Positions 1 to 8,011 of a stretch of DNA of 36,411 nucleotides are shown piece after piece. Within the stretch, counting starts at the first letter, position 1. Each line of letters starts with the position of its first letter. This DNA comes from Planctomycetota bacterium (GTDB lineage: Bacteria; Planctomycetota; UBA11346). The stretch lies in contig JBBRLJ010000049.1 of the NCBI GenBank assembly GCA_038231435.1, positions 1 through 36,411 on the forward strand, written 5' to 3'. The notes beneath the pieces were generated by a model. It was not told where the DNA came from. It did no database searches and was given only the letters and a program-made list of their open reading frames with translations. Both the position numbers and the translations under genes were made by a program.

Positions 1-141
1 ACTCGGCGCCCGATGCGGGGGCTTTGCCCCCGGGCCCCCACGGGCTTTGTCGGGACTCGCATTCGCCGGGGGCCGGCGAAGGCGTGGGCGGATGGGCTTT
101 GCCCATGGTATCCGCCCAACGTCACTCGGCGCCCGATGCGG
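1..141 (+). repeat. Structured multi-hairpin intergenic repeat (REP/MITE-like), copy A, truncated array at window start
   Basis: Hairpins CGGGGGC-ttt-GCCCCCG (16-32), TTCGCCGG-ggg-CCGGCGAA (62-80) and TGGGCGGAT...ATCCGCCCA (85-118) with inner ATGGGC/GCCCAT. Exact 18-bp direct repeat ACTCGGCGCCCGATGCGG at 1-18 and 124-141. Same layout as 36250-36411. Confidence 0.7.
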
Positions 142-146
142 CGTGG

Positions 147-989
147 TCAGCGGTTCGGGGAATGGGCGCGGCGTTCGCGGCGCCAGCGCGCTGGCGGCAT
201 GCCCATAACTGCGCGGAACTGGCGCCCGAACAGCTTCATGTCGGCGTAGCCGAGCGTCTGTGCGGCCACGGCGAGCGGCTCGTCGCCCTCGGCGAGGCGC
301 GCCGCCGCGGCGCGGATGCGGTCGCGCACCAGCCAGCGGCGCGGCGCCATGCCGAACGAACGCCTGAACCGGCGCGTGAAGTAGTCGAGCGTCAAGCCAG
401 CGGCCTCGGCCAGATCGGTCGGCTGGAGGCCATGCGCGCGTGAGCGTTCGACCAGCCGGTCGAGCGACGAGCGTTGCGCGGCGGTGAGCCCGCCGGCGTG
501 CGCGGCTCCGCGCGCGAGCAGGCGATCGAGCCCGGTGAGCAGCAGTATCGCGAGCGACCGCAGCCGCCGCGGACGATGGGAGTCATCCTCGGCCAGCTCA
601 TCGATCAGAGCGGCCATCACCGGTTCGATCTCCCATGCTCCGGGCACCACCACGCCTCTCGCCATGGCCGCCCTGGGCGGCGAGGGCAGGACCAGCCGCA
701 GACGCAAGATGGTCGGCGGCGGGCCGTGCGCGCGCAGCCGGAATGGCGTACCCGCCGGTATGAGCATGCAGGTGCCCGGCGCGCCGGTGATGTCGCGGCC
801 AGCGATCGTCGCGGTAGCGCTGCCACGTACGATCAGATACACGATGGCCTCGGGCAGGGATCTCGACCCGGTGTCCCAGCCCGCATGGACGGTCAACCGG
901 CCTGGCACGCTCGCCAGGCTGCCGTCGACGCCGCCCGCAGCACCATCGAGAGTCGTGATCCAGCGACGCAGAGGCGAGGGACCGGGCAT
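147..989 (-). CDS. AraC family transcriptional regulator (cupin-like N-domain + double HTH)
   Basis: C-terminal AraC signature LAEAAGLTLDYFTRRFRRSFGMAPRRWL...AAQTLGYADMKLFGRQFRAVMGMPPARWR. Start trimmed from the 550-aa ORF to ATG 989, which follows TGG-TACGCT by 5 nt and avoids overlap with the divergent dioxygenase. Confidence 0.9.
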   Translation of the reverse strand: MPGPSPLRRWITTLDGAAGGVDGSLASVPGRLTVHAGWDTGSRSLPEAIVYLIVRGSATATIAGRDITGAPGTCMLIPAGTPFRLRAHGPPPTILRLRLVLPSPPRAAMARGVVVPGAWEIEPVMAALIDELAEDDSHRPRRLRSLAILLLTGLDRLLARGAAHAGGLTAAQRSSLDRLVERSRAHGLQPTDLAEAAGLTLDYFTRRFRRSFGMAPRRWLVRDRIRAAAARLAEGDEPLAVAAQTLGYADMKLFGRQFRAVMGMPPARWRRERRAHSPNR

Positions 990-1091
990 GCGTAAGCGTA
1001 CCAGGCGTCCGATCCATAACCACCGGTCTGGTGCTATCCACTGACGGCTCGCCGGGTTGCCGTTTGGGCGGTGGTGGGGCACGATGCCGGC

Positions 1092-1847
1092 ATGCGCAAA
1101 CCCACTTCCTCGGAATGCTTCGCCCGCGATGGCTACCTCGCTCCGGTCCGCGTGCTCGATGTCGAGCAGGCGGATGCGATGGCCGGACGCGCCTATGCGG
1201 TCCTCGGCGTCGATCCCGCCGCGCCGGGACCGAGCTCGGCATATCCATCCGCTTGGCACCACCGGTGGCGCTGGGCCTACGAACTCGCGAGCCATCCCGC
1301 CATCCTCGACCTGATCGAGCCACTGATCGGGCCGGACATCGTGCTGTGGGCGATGGCATGCTGGTACAAGGAGCCCAAGAGCGGCAAGCGCGTACCGTGG
1401 CACCAGGACGCGAGCTACTGGCCGATGGAACCGAACACCACGGTCAGCGCGTGGCTGGCGCTCGGCGAGACCACGCGCGAGAACGGCTGCCTGCGCGTGC
1501 TGCCCGGCAGCCATCGCCGCGCACTCGCGCACGCGGCGGTAGACGACCGGACGAGCTGGTTCGCGACCGGAGTCCCCGAGGTGGACGAGACCACGGCGAT
1601 CGACCTCGCCATGAAACCCGGGGAGATCGCGATCTTCTCCGAAGCCACGCTGCACGGCTCCGAGGCCAACCGTTCTTCGTCGCCGCGACTCGGCGTATCG
1701 TTCCGCTACAGCCCGCCCACGGTGCGCTTCCTGATGGAGCGCTGGGACGATCCGGATCGCATCCGCACCTTCCTGGTGCGCGGAGAGGATCGGCCGCACC
1801 TGAACGATGCGATCAGGGGAGAGCCGCCCGGAGACGACAGACGGTAG
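1092..1847 (+). CDS. Phytanoyl-CoA dioxygenase (PhyH) family Fe(II)/2-oxoglutarate dioxygenase
   Basis: FARDGYL start, PWHQDASYW (HxD), VSAWLAL...ENGCLRVLPGSH, LHGSEANRS..PR (distal His, Arg). ATG 1092 is preferred over GTG 1071 because CACGAT lies 6 nt upstream. Confidence 0.92.
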   Translation: MRKPTSSECFARDGYLAPVRVLDVEQADAMAGRAYAVLGVDPAAPGPSSAYPSAWHHRWRWAYELASHPAILDLIEPLIGPDIVLWAMACWYKEPKSGKRVPWHQDASYWPMEPNTTVSAWLALGETTRENGCLRVLPGSHRRALAHAAVDDRTSWFATGVPEVDETTAIDLAMKPGEIAIFSEATLHGSEANRSSSPRLGVSFRYSPPTVRFLMERWDDPDRIRTFLVRGEDRPHLNDAIRGEPPGDDRR

Positions 1848-1930
1848 AAGAGGGAAGAGGGAAGATCGAAGCAGGAACCACGAAGATGGCCCGACCGTTG
1901 TCCCTGCGATCTTCCCGCTTCTTTCCTCTC
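1847..1930. repeat. Degenerate heptamer tandem repeat with an imperfect inverted partner between convergent genes
   Basis: GAAGAGG GAAGAGG GAAGATC GAAGCAG GAACCAC GAAGATG (1847-1888), followed by complementary GATCTTC CCGCTTC TTTCCTC (1908-1928). Confidence 0.55.
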
Positions 1931-1937
1931 GGGCCCG

Positions 1938-4754
1938 TCAGGGCACGAGCTCGAGCCTGCCCCAATACGACCTGTCGGCGCTGTTCTTGCCGCCACCGTT
2001 CCACATCAGCTGGCGGGAGCGGTCGCCGCCGACAGGAGCGTCATCGATCGCCAGGTCGAAGATCAGCTGCGCGCCTTCCTTCGGCTTCACGTCGAGCGCG
2101 CTCCAGGGGATCGCCGCCTCCATGGTGTAGCCCTTGCCGTCGACAGATGCCACCACCGCGAGATCGATCGTCGGCTGCTTCGCGGCGTTGACGATGTGCG
2201 AGGCTCCCGGCTTGCCGGCTTTCGCGCCGAGCAGCACCTGGTGGTCGCTGAACAGCAGCGTGCCTGGCTTGTCGATGGTCTCACTGCCGATGAACAGCTC
2301 GAGTCCGTCGCCGTTCCACAGATCCGCGGCGGATTTCGCATTGTTCATGGGCGTCGGATCCGTGACGTTGGCGAGCAGGTAGAGATTGGTGTCGTCCCAG
2401 GCGACCTTGAAGGCCGCCTCGAAGCCCTGCCCATCCTTGCCGATGACCACGCGATCCGAGCCGATGCGCTCGGGCGGGCGACCGGGCCAGCCGTCCACTG
2501 AGCCGTCGATCACGATGCTGCCCGGGGCGACGCGCCCGGCCTGGACGTGCTTCTGCGCCTTCCCGGCGATCGGATTGAAGCGCGCATCATCGATCGCGAA
2601 CGGCTTCTTGCCGTGCAGCAGCACGTCGTAGACCTCGGCGTGCGCGGTTGCCATCTCGGCGACCATGTCCTTGTAGGGGCGGTCGCAGACGTTGAATACG
2701 CCGGTGTTCGCACGCTCGCCGTCGAGCTTCTGGAACCAGCGGCCGGTCACCGCCTGATCGATGAGCGTGAACCACTCGATGCCGACCACGAAACCCAGGT
2801 CGGCGGCGTCCTCGATGTAGGCGCGGTAGGCTTCGCCGCGCGCCTTCTGCGTCTTCATGTCCAGCCCGCCCGCGGCCGAGTTGCTCTCTGCGCCGCTGGT
2901 GTAGTAGAACTCGCTCCACATCTGCGGCTTGCCGCCGGTCCAGTCGTAGAGTCGCTTCATGAACGCGCGATCGACCCCGAGCGTGTAGTAGTTGATGCTG
3001 ATGACATCCATGTACTTGCCGGCGGCGCGGCACAGCGCCTCGTTGTTCGCGGTACCCGGCTGCCAGCGGTTCGACACCATCAGGTGGTTCTTGTCGTACT
3101 TGCGGAAGGTGGTCGCGATGGTGCTGTAGTACGCGTCCAGGAAGCGCTCGGTGTAGGCCTGCATGTCGGCGAAGGCCTGCTTGGTGGTGACTGGGAGCGC
3201 CTTGTCGTTGAGCGAGGCGAAGTCCGCGGCCTGCAAGCCCCACGCGGTGTTGAACTCGGCGATGGTTGGATAGGTCTTCTGCAGCTGCTCGACCAGCTTG
3301 CGCTTGGCCGCGTACTTTCCGCCGAGCTGCGGGACGCCGCGCGGGATGTCCTCGAAGCCCTGCTCGTTCGCGAAGAAGTAGCCGACGATCAGTGGGTCGG
3401 TCGCGGCCGCGGCGATGCTCTTCGACCAGCCCTCGTCCATGCGCTTGAGCGTCGCGTCGTCGAACGGATCGGACACGCCACGGATGCCAGGCAGCTCGGG
3501 ACCGATGCCGGTCATCTCCATGCGCGGGAAGTGCTTGGCGCCGAAGCAGGGCATGTTGCCCGAGAACGCGCCGATGGCGTTGAAGCCCATCGCCCGCACG
3601 CGGTCGATCATCGCGCTCAGCTGCTGATCCTTGGTGCGCTCGGCGCCGTACTTACGGATCAGGTTCGCGACGTAGAACGAGAAGGCCTGGTCGTGCCACC
3701 ACGATTCGGGATGATAGGCGCCCGCGAACTCCCCGTCGATGGGCGGCAGCCACTCGAAGATCTCATGACGGTCTTTGATGTAGGTGCAGTCCTCTCCCGG
3801 AGAGAAGCCGAAGCCGCAGATGCCGCGATGGAAGCAGGCATTGCCGTCGGGATCGACGAGCAGCCAGCGATCGCTCTTCTTCGCCGCGCTCGTGTCGGCG
3901 TGGGATTCGACGTGGAAGAAGCCGGTGGCCTTGAGACCGAGCTCCTCCTTGCTGCCCGGCAGGCCGCCCCACGTATCCGTGGCCATCGGCTTGAACGATG
4001 CGTAGTACGCCGATTCGGACTTCACATCGGCCTTCAGCTCATCCTCGTTCGTCACCTTCCCGGGGTATTCCTTGCGCGTTGTCTGGCCGAAGCGGTCCAC
4101 CTGCGGCTTGATCTTCACCTCGCCACCGCCAGCGGCCGCGTCCGAGATGACGATCTCGTGCGTCTTCCAGCCCGGATTGTAGGGGATGAACACCTGCCAT
4201 TGGAAGTTGTTCGTGCCCCACTCGCGATTGTCCTGCAGTTGCTGGTATGCGTAGTCCGGCACGCCGCTGAATCCCAGGGCGTGGCCGGCCGGGTCAGTGA
4301 AGGAGATGCTTCCGGCATTGCCCTGGAAGAGGAACGGCTTCTCGGGCTTCACCGCTGGAAACGGCTTGGCTTCGTTCGCGCCGACTTTCCAGGTGCCGCC
4401 TTCGCCGAACTGGCCGCCGAAGGTCGTGCCCATGACGAAGTTCTTGACGTCCTTGGCGTTCTGGAAGGCCATCTCCACATGACCACCCGCGAGGATCTCG
4501 ATCGACACGATGATATCGCCGGCATAGGTGAGCTCGGCGTGCTTGCCGCTCGCGGTCCGCCGCAGCGGCTTGCGATCACCAGGTTGCAGGACCGGATAGC
4601 TGAGCGTGAAGTCTCCCATGCCCTTCACAGGGATGATCACGCCATCCTGCCCGGCCGAGAGGTCGGCGGCGTGGATACGGGCCATCGCGGCGATCGCCAT
4701 CAGGGCCACCACGCGCAGCAGGCCTGACGGACGGGCTGGAGATGTTTCGGGCAT
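1938..4754 (-). CDS. Secreted GH50-like (beta-agarase/beta-1,3-glucanase family) glycoside hydrolase with C-terminal CBM9-like domain
   Basis: Signal peptide. GH50-type motifs VDRFGQ, KATGFFHVE, RWLLVDPDG, DPLIVGYFFANE (acid/base), DVISINYY, WSEF (nucleophile), VVGIEWF..DQ..GR...GE..NTG. CBM9-like tail IDGSVDGW..VAWDDTNLYL..D..ELFI..GYTMEAAIPW. SD AAGGA upstream. Confidence 0.82.
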   Translation of the reverse strand: MPETSPARPSGLLRVVALMAIAAMARIHAADLSAGQDGVIIPVKGMGDFTLSYPVLQPGDRKPLRRTASGKHAELTYAGDIIVSIEILAGGHVEMAFQNAKDVKNFVMGTTFGGQFGEGGTWKVGANEAKPFPAVKPEKPFLFQGNAGSISFTDPAGHALGFSGVPDYAYQQLQDNREWGTNNFQWQVFIPYNPGWKTHEIVISDAAAGGGEVKIKPQVDRFGQTTRKEYPGKVTNEDELKADVKSESAYYASFKPMATDTWGGLPGSKEELGLKATGFFHVESHADTSAAKKSDRWLLVDPDGNACFHRGICGFGFSPGEDCTYIKDRHEIFEWLPPIDGEFAGAYHPESWWHDQAFSFYVANLIRKYGAERTKDQQLSAMIDRVRAMGFNAIGAFSGNMPCFGAKHFPRMEMTGIGPELPGIRGVSDPFDDATLKRMDEGWSKSIAAAATDPLIVGYFFANEQGFEDIPRGVPQLGGKYAAKRKLVEQLQKTYPTIAEFNTAWGLQAADFASLNDKALPVTTKQAFADMQAYTERFLDAYYSTIATTFRKYDKNHLMVSNRWQPGTANNEALCRAAGKYMDVISINYYTLGVDRAFMKRLYDWTGGKPQMWSEFYYTSGAESNSAAGGLDMKTQKARGEAYRAYIEDAADLGFVVGIEWFTLIDQAVTGRWFQKLDGERANTGVFNVCDRPYKDMVAEMATAHAEVYDVLLHGKKPFAIDDARFNPIAGKAQKHVQAGRVAPGSIVIDGSVDGWPGRPPERIGSDRVVIGKDGQGFEAAFKVAWDDTNLYLLANVTDPTPMNNAKSAADLWNGDGLELFIGSETIDKPGTLLFSDHQVLLGAKAGKPGASHIVNAAKQPTIDLAVVASVDGKGYTMEAAIPWSALDVKPKEGAQLIFDLAIDDAPVGGDRSRQLMWNGGGKNSADRSYWGRLELVP

Positions 4755-4972
4755 GGGCTTTCCTTACGGTGAGCTGGGGGCGAGACGTTAGGGACAGGCG
4801 GGTTCGCGAGGTCGGGTCCGAAAGTTATCTGAAAATAAAATCAGAAATAAAATCATAATTTACACTTAATGGTATGGGTGTGTCACGATAGTTATATTTT
4901 ATCTCTCTGTTATTGATGGTCTTAAGCATTTAACGACGATCTGGTATGAGAGTGACACCAAATCCACAACGA

Positions 4973-5011
4973 TTGAAAATGTTTTGAAAACTTTTCAAGA
5001 CGAGCGATCGT
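4973..5011 (+). promoter_or_regulatory. Candidate LacI-type operator overlapping the promoter of the pilin-like gene
   Basis: Perfect palindrome TTGAAAA-C-TTTTCAA (4984-4998) overlapping TGAAAATGTTTTGA (4974-4987). TTGAAA (-35-like, 4984-4989), 16 nt, GATCGT (5006-5011), 6 nt, ATG 5018. Lies in an AT-rich divergent intergenic region. Confidence 0.6.
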
Positions 5012-5017
5012 GGCGGC

Positions 5018-5842
5018 ATGAACGCGACCGGCACCCGCATGCTCGGATCGACTCCGCCACCACCCTCGACCCCAGGGTGCGCGACCGGCCCCGCCGAGCA
5101 CCGGATGGGCTTCACGCTCATCGAACTGCTGGTGGTCATCTCGGTCATCGCCTTGCTGGCTACGTTGCTCATGTCCAGCCTGTCGATGGTCCAGGACGCC
5201 GCACTGCGTACCACCTGCGCTGGTCACATGCGCCAGGTCTACATGGCGCTCGACGTGTACCGCACCGAGAACACCGGCATGTATCCGCAGATCTATTGGG
5301 ATGATCCGTCGTGGAGCACCTGGTCGACCTGGACCTACCAGACCACCCACGGGCGCTGGCAGCATGTCCTGCACGACTACACGGACACCTACCAGATCTT
5401 CAACTGTCCGAAGCTCAAACGCATGTACCCGAAATCCGCCGTGCTCGAGCACGACAAGGACGGAACGCCGGCCGGCGCCGCCCCCGGCGGCGGCTGGACC
5501 GGCTGGGGCGTGTGCGCGATGGCCTACAACAGCCAATGCTTCGGACGCGCGGGAACCTGGACCTGGGCGGTAGCGCCCAGCGGCAAGGCCTACCGTGGCC
5601 CCATGACCGAGAGCAGCGCCGACGGGTACATCAAGAACCGCATCGCCACCGGCACCGTGAGCCGCTGTCCGGTGTTCATGGACGGCATCTGGCAGAACGA
5701 CGGCACCAACCAGGTCATGAACAGTTGGGGCGCCTATTTCCCCCATCGCCTGAAGGCGAACATGGTCTTCAGCGATGGCCACGCCGAGATCCGTTCCCAA
5801 CAGGATGTCATCCTCTATGACGCGCTGCAGATCCGGGACTGA
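5018..5842 (+). CDS. Prepilin-type N-terminal cleavage/methylation protein with H-X9-DG C-terminal motif (DUF1559-like pilin-like protein)
   Basis: G|FTLIELLVVISVIALLATLL (class III signal, Glu+5), C..HMRQ, FNCP and H-RLKANMVFS-DGH. Start could also be 5039 or 5105. Confidence 0.9.
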   Translation: MNATGTRMLGSTPPPPSTPGCATGPAEHRMGFTLIELLVVISVIALLATLLMSSLSMVQDAALRTTCAGHMRQVYMALDVYRTENTGMYPQIYWDDPSWSTWSTWTYQTTHGRWQHVLHDYTDTYQIFNCPKLKRMYPKSAVLEHDKDGTPAGAAPGGGWTGWGVCAMAYNSQCFGRAGTWTWAVAPSGKAYRGPMTESSADGYIKNRIATGTVSRCPVFMDGIWQNDGTNQVMNSWGAYFPHRLKANMVFSDGHAEIRSQQDVILYDALQIRD

Positions 5843-5902
5843 GATGGAGTCCCGGAATCAGGTACGGCATTCCCATGAAATCCCCCTCATGATGCTCCTC
5901 TC

Positions 5903-7006
5903 GTGAAGATCACCCTCACCGACCTCAGCCGCCACTCGGGCTACTCGCTCGCCACCGTCTCGCGCGTCGCCAACGGCGGCGGCGCCGGGGTTCGCCCCGA
6001 GGTGGCCCGGAAGATCCGCGCAGCGGTGCGCGAGCTGGGCTACCTGTCGCGGCGACCGCGCCAAGCCGAGCAGGACGTGGTCACCGTGGTGCTCCATCGC
6101 CACAGTCCGTTGGAACGCGTGACCATCGGTGAGCGCGGGGTCGAGTTCGGGCCGGTCACGCCGGCGGATCCCGAGACCCTGCTCACCGCGGATTGGCGCC
6201 TTGGTAACGACTTCCACCGCCGCGTCCTCGAGGGCGCGATGGATGAACTCGGCCGCCACGGGCGCCGCGCGATGCTCCAGGTCTGCAACGATCTCGACCA
6301 GCCCGATCTGGCCGGAGATTCCGCCGGCATGATCCTGGTCGGGCAGGAGGGCCCGGCGCTCGCGCGTTTCGTCGACGCTTGCCATGTGCCGCTGGTGCTG
6401 GCCGACATCCTGCACGACGGCTGGGCGGATCAGGTCACCAGCGACAACCTGGACGGCATCGGGCAAGCGGTCCGCCATCTCGTCGCCCTCGGCCATCGCC
6501 GCCTCGGCTATGTCGGTGGACCGGACGTGCGGCCGATGCGCGAACGCCATGAGGCATTCAGCTTCCACGCCTTTGGCGCCGGGCTGGCGGTGGAATCGAG
6601 CTGGATCCACGAGGGCGACAACCACATCGCGAGCACCGCGCCGGTGGTCGCCAGCATGCTGCGCGCCGCTTCGCGTCCGACCGCGATCGTCTGCTCCAAC
6701 GATTTCGCGGCGATGGCCGTGCTGCGCGGCGCCGACCAGGCCGGGCTGCGCGTGCCAGCGGATCTCAGCGTCATCGGCTTCGATGACGCCGAAGTCGCCG
6801 CTCTCGCCACGCCGGCGCTGACCAGCGTCCGCACCGATCCCACCGCCATCGGCCGCAGGGCGGTGTGCCTGCTGATGGGCACGTGTGGTCAGGCGGCGGC
6901 ATCCACTGCCTCCACTGCCTCCACTGCAAAAGCGCGCGGCTGCGTGCTGCGCATCCCGACCACGCTGATCGTGCGTGCCTCGACCGCGGTTCCGCGCGCC
7001 CCTTGA
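5903..7006 (+). CDS. LacI family transcriptional regulator
   Basis: HTH ITLTDLSRHSGYSLATVSRVANG...LGY. Effector domain motifs DNLDG, HLVALGHRRLGYVGG, PTAIVCSNDFAAM, VPADLSVIGFDD, PALTSV, LIVRAST. Confidence 0.95.
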   Translation: MKITLTDLSRHSGYSLATVSRVANGGGAGVRPEVARKIRAAVRELGYLSRRPRQAEQDVVTVVLHRHSPLERVTIGERGVEFGPVTPADPETLLTADWRLGNDFHRRVLEGAMDELGRHGRRAMLQVCNDLDQPDLAGDSAGMILVGQEGPALARFVDACHVPLVLADILHDGWADQVTSDNLDGIGQAVRHLVALGHRRLGYVGGPDVRPMRERHEAFSFHAFGAGLAVESSWIHEGDNHIASTAPVVASMLRAASRPTAIVCSNDFAAMAVLRGADQAGLRVPADLSVIGFDDAEVAALATPALTSVRTDPTAIGRRAVCLLMGTCGQAAASTASTASTAKARGCVLRIPTTLIVRASTAVPRAP

Positions 7007-7039
7007 AGTCACAGCTCCACCAACGCTTCGTTGAGACAC

Positions 7040-8011
7040 ATGCCCCCCACCACGCTCACACGTAAACAGCTCTCGCGCGCTGGCCGCCGCTCCATCCCGC
7101 TGGCCATGGCGGCGCTCTGCGCCTCGACGGGCCTGGCACTTCCCCGCGCGTGCGCCGCCGATCCGGCCGACGTCACGGCGTCCGCTGCGGCCCCCAAGCC
7201 TCCCGACCCGGCGCGCTGGGAGTTGGCGTGGGCCGATGAATTCGACAAGCCGGGCGCCCCCGATGCCGCCAAGTGGACGTACGAGGTCGGCAAGGTGCGC
7301 AACCAGGAGGAGCAGTACTACACCAAGGAGCGCTCCGAGAACGCCCGCGTCGAGGACGGCCAACTGGTGATCGAGGCGCGCAAGGAAGCCTTCGAAGGCG
7401 CGACCTGCACCTCGGCGAGCCTGCTCACCCGCGGCAAGGCGGATTGGACGTACGGCCGCATCGAGGCGCGCGCCAAGTTGCCGTCAGGGCGCGGTGTGTG
7501 GCCGGCGATCTGGATGCTCGGCTCGAACATCGGCAGCGGAGACGGCAAGGCGGGCTGGCCGCTGTGCGGCGAGATCGACATCATGGAATTCGTCGGCTTC
7601 ACTCCGCAGACCATCCACGGCACCGTGCACACCGGCGCCTACAACCACATCAAGGGCACCCAGAAGGGCGCGAAGGTCCACCTCGAAGACCCGCACCAGA
7701 GCTGGCATGTCTACGCGATCGAATGGAGCGAGACCAAGATAGATTTCCAGCTCGACGGCGCGACCTACTTCACCTTCGAGAACGATGGCAAGCACGACGA
7801 AGCCACCTGGCCGTACGCGAAGCCGCAATACCTGATCCTGAACCTGGCGATCGGCGGCGCTTGGGGTGGCGCGAAGGGCGTCGACGACGCACTCTTCCCG
7901 GCGCAGATGCGCGTCGATTACGTGCGCGTCTATCGCGACAAGACCACGGGCGCGGCTCCCGCGGAAGCCAAGGCCGCGGCACCGGCGATCGCGCCGGCGC
8001 CGAAACCCTGA
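7040..8011 (+). CDS. Secreted GH16 glycoside hydrolase (laminarinase/beta-glucanase type)
   Basis: WELAWADEFD, YGRIEARAKLP.G.GVWPAIWML, WPLCGEIDIME (EXDXXE with beta-bulge), YLILNLAIGG.WGG, MRVDYVRVY. Basic-then-hydrophobic N-terminal signal. Start TTG 7031 or ATG 7040. Confidence 0.95.
   Translation: MPPTTLTRKQLSRAGRRSIPLAMAALCASTGLALPRACAADPADVTASAAAPKPPDPARWELAWADEFDKPGAPDAAKWTYEVGKVRNQEEQYYTKERSENARVEDGQLVIEARKEAFEGATCTSASLLTRGKADWTYGRIEARAKLPSGRGVWPAIWMLGSNIGSGDGKAGWPLCGEIDIMEFVGFTPQTIHGTVHTGAYNHIKGTQKGAKVHLEDPHQSWHVYAIEWSETKIDFQLDGATYFTFENDGKHDEATWPYAKPQYLILNLAIGGAWGGAKGVDDALFPAQMRVDYVRVYRDKTTGAAPAEAKAAAPAIAPAPKP

Noticed and set aside
990..1799. Apparent long N-terminal extension of AraC (550-aa ORF); likewise 31336-32682 and 34633-35544
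   Set aside because: These extensions are antisense read-through of real divergent genes, not fusions; better starts with promoter signals exist.
2547..4727. 726-aa plus-strand ORF
   Set aside because: Antisense shadow of the GH50-like gene; long stop-free reverse frames are expected at this GC content and the product has no motifs.
5018..5842. Type IV pilus or type II secretion operon
   Set aside because: No ATPase, platform, secretin or prepilin peptidase genes in the window; the two pilin-like genes are solitary.
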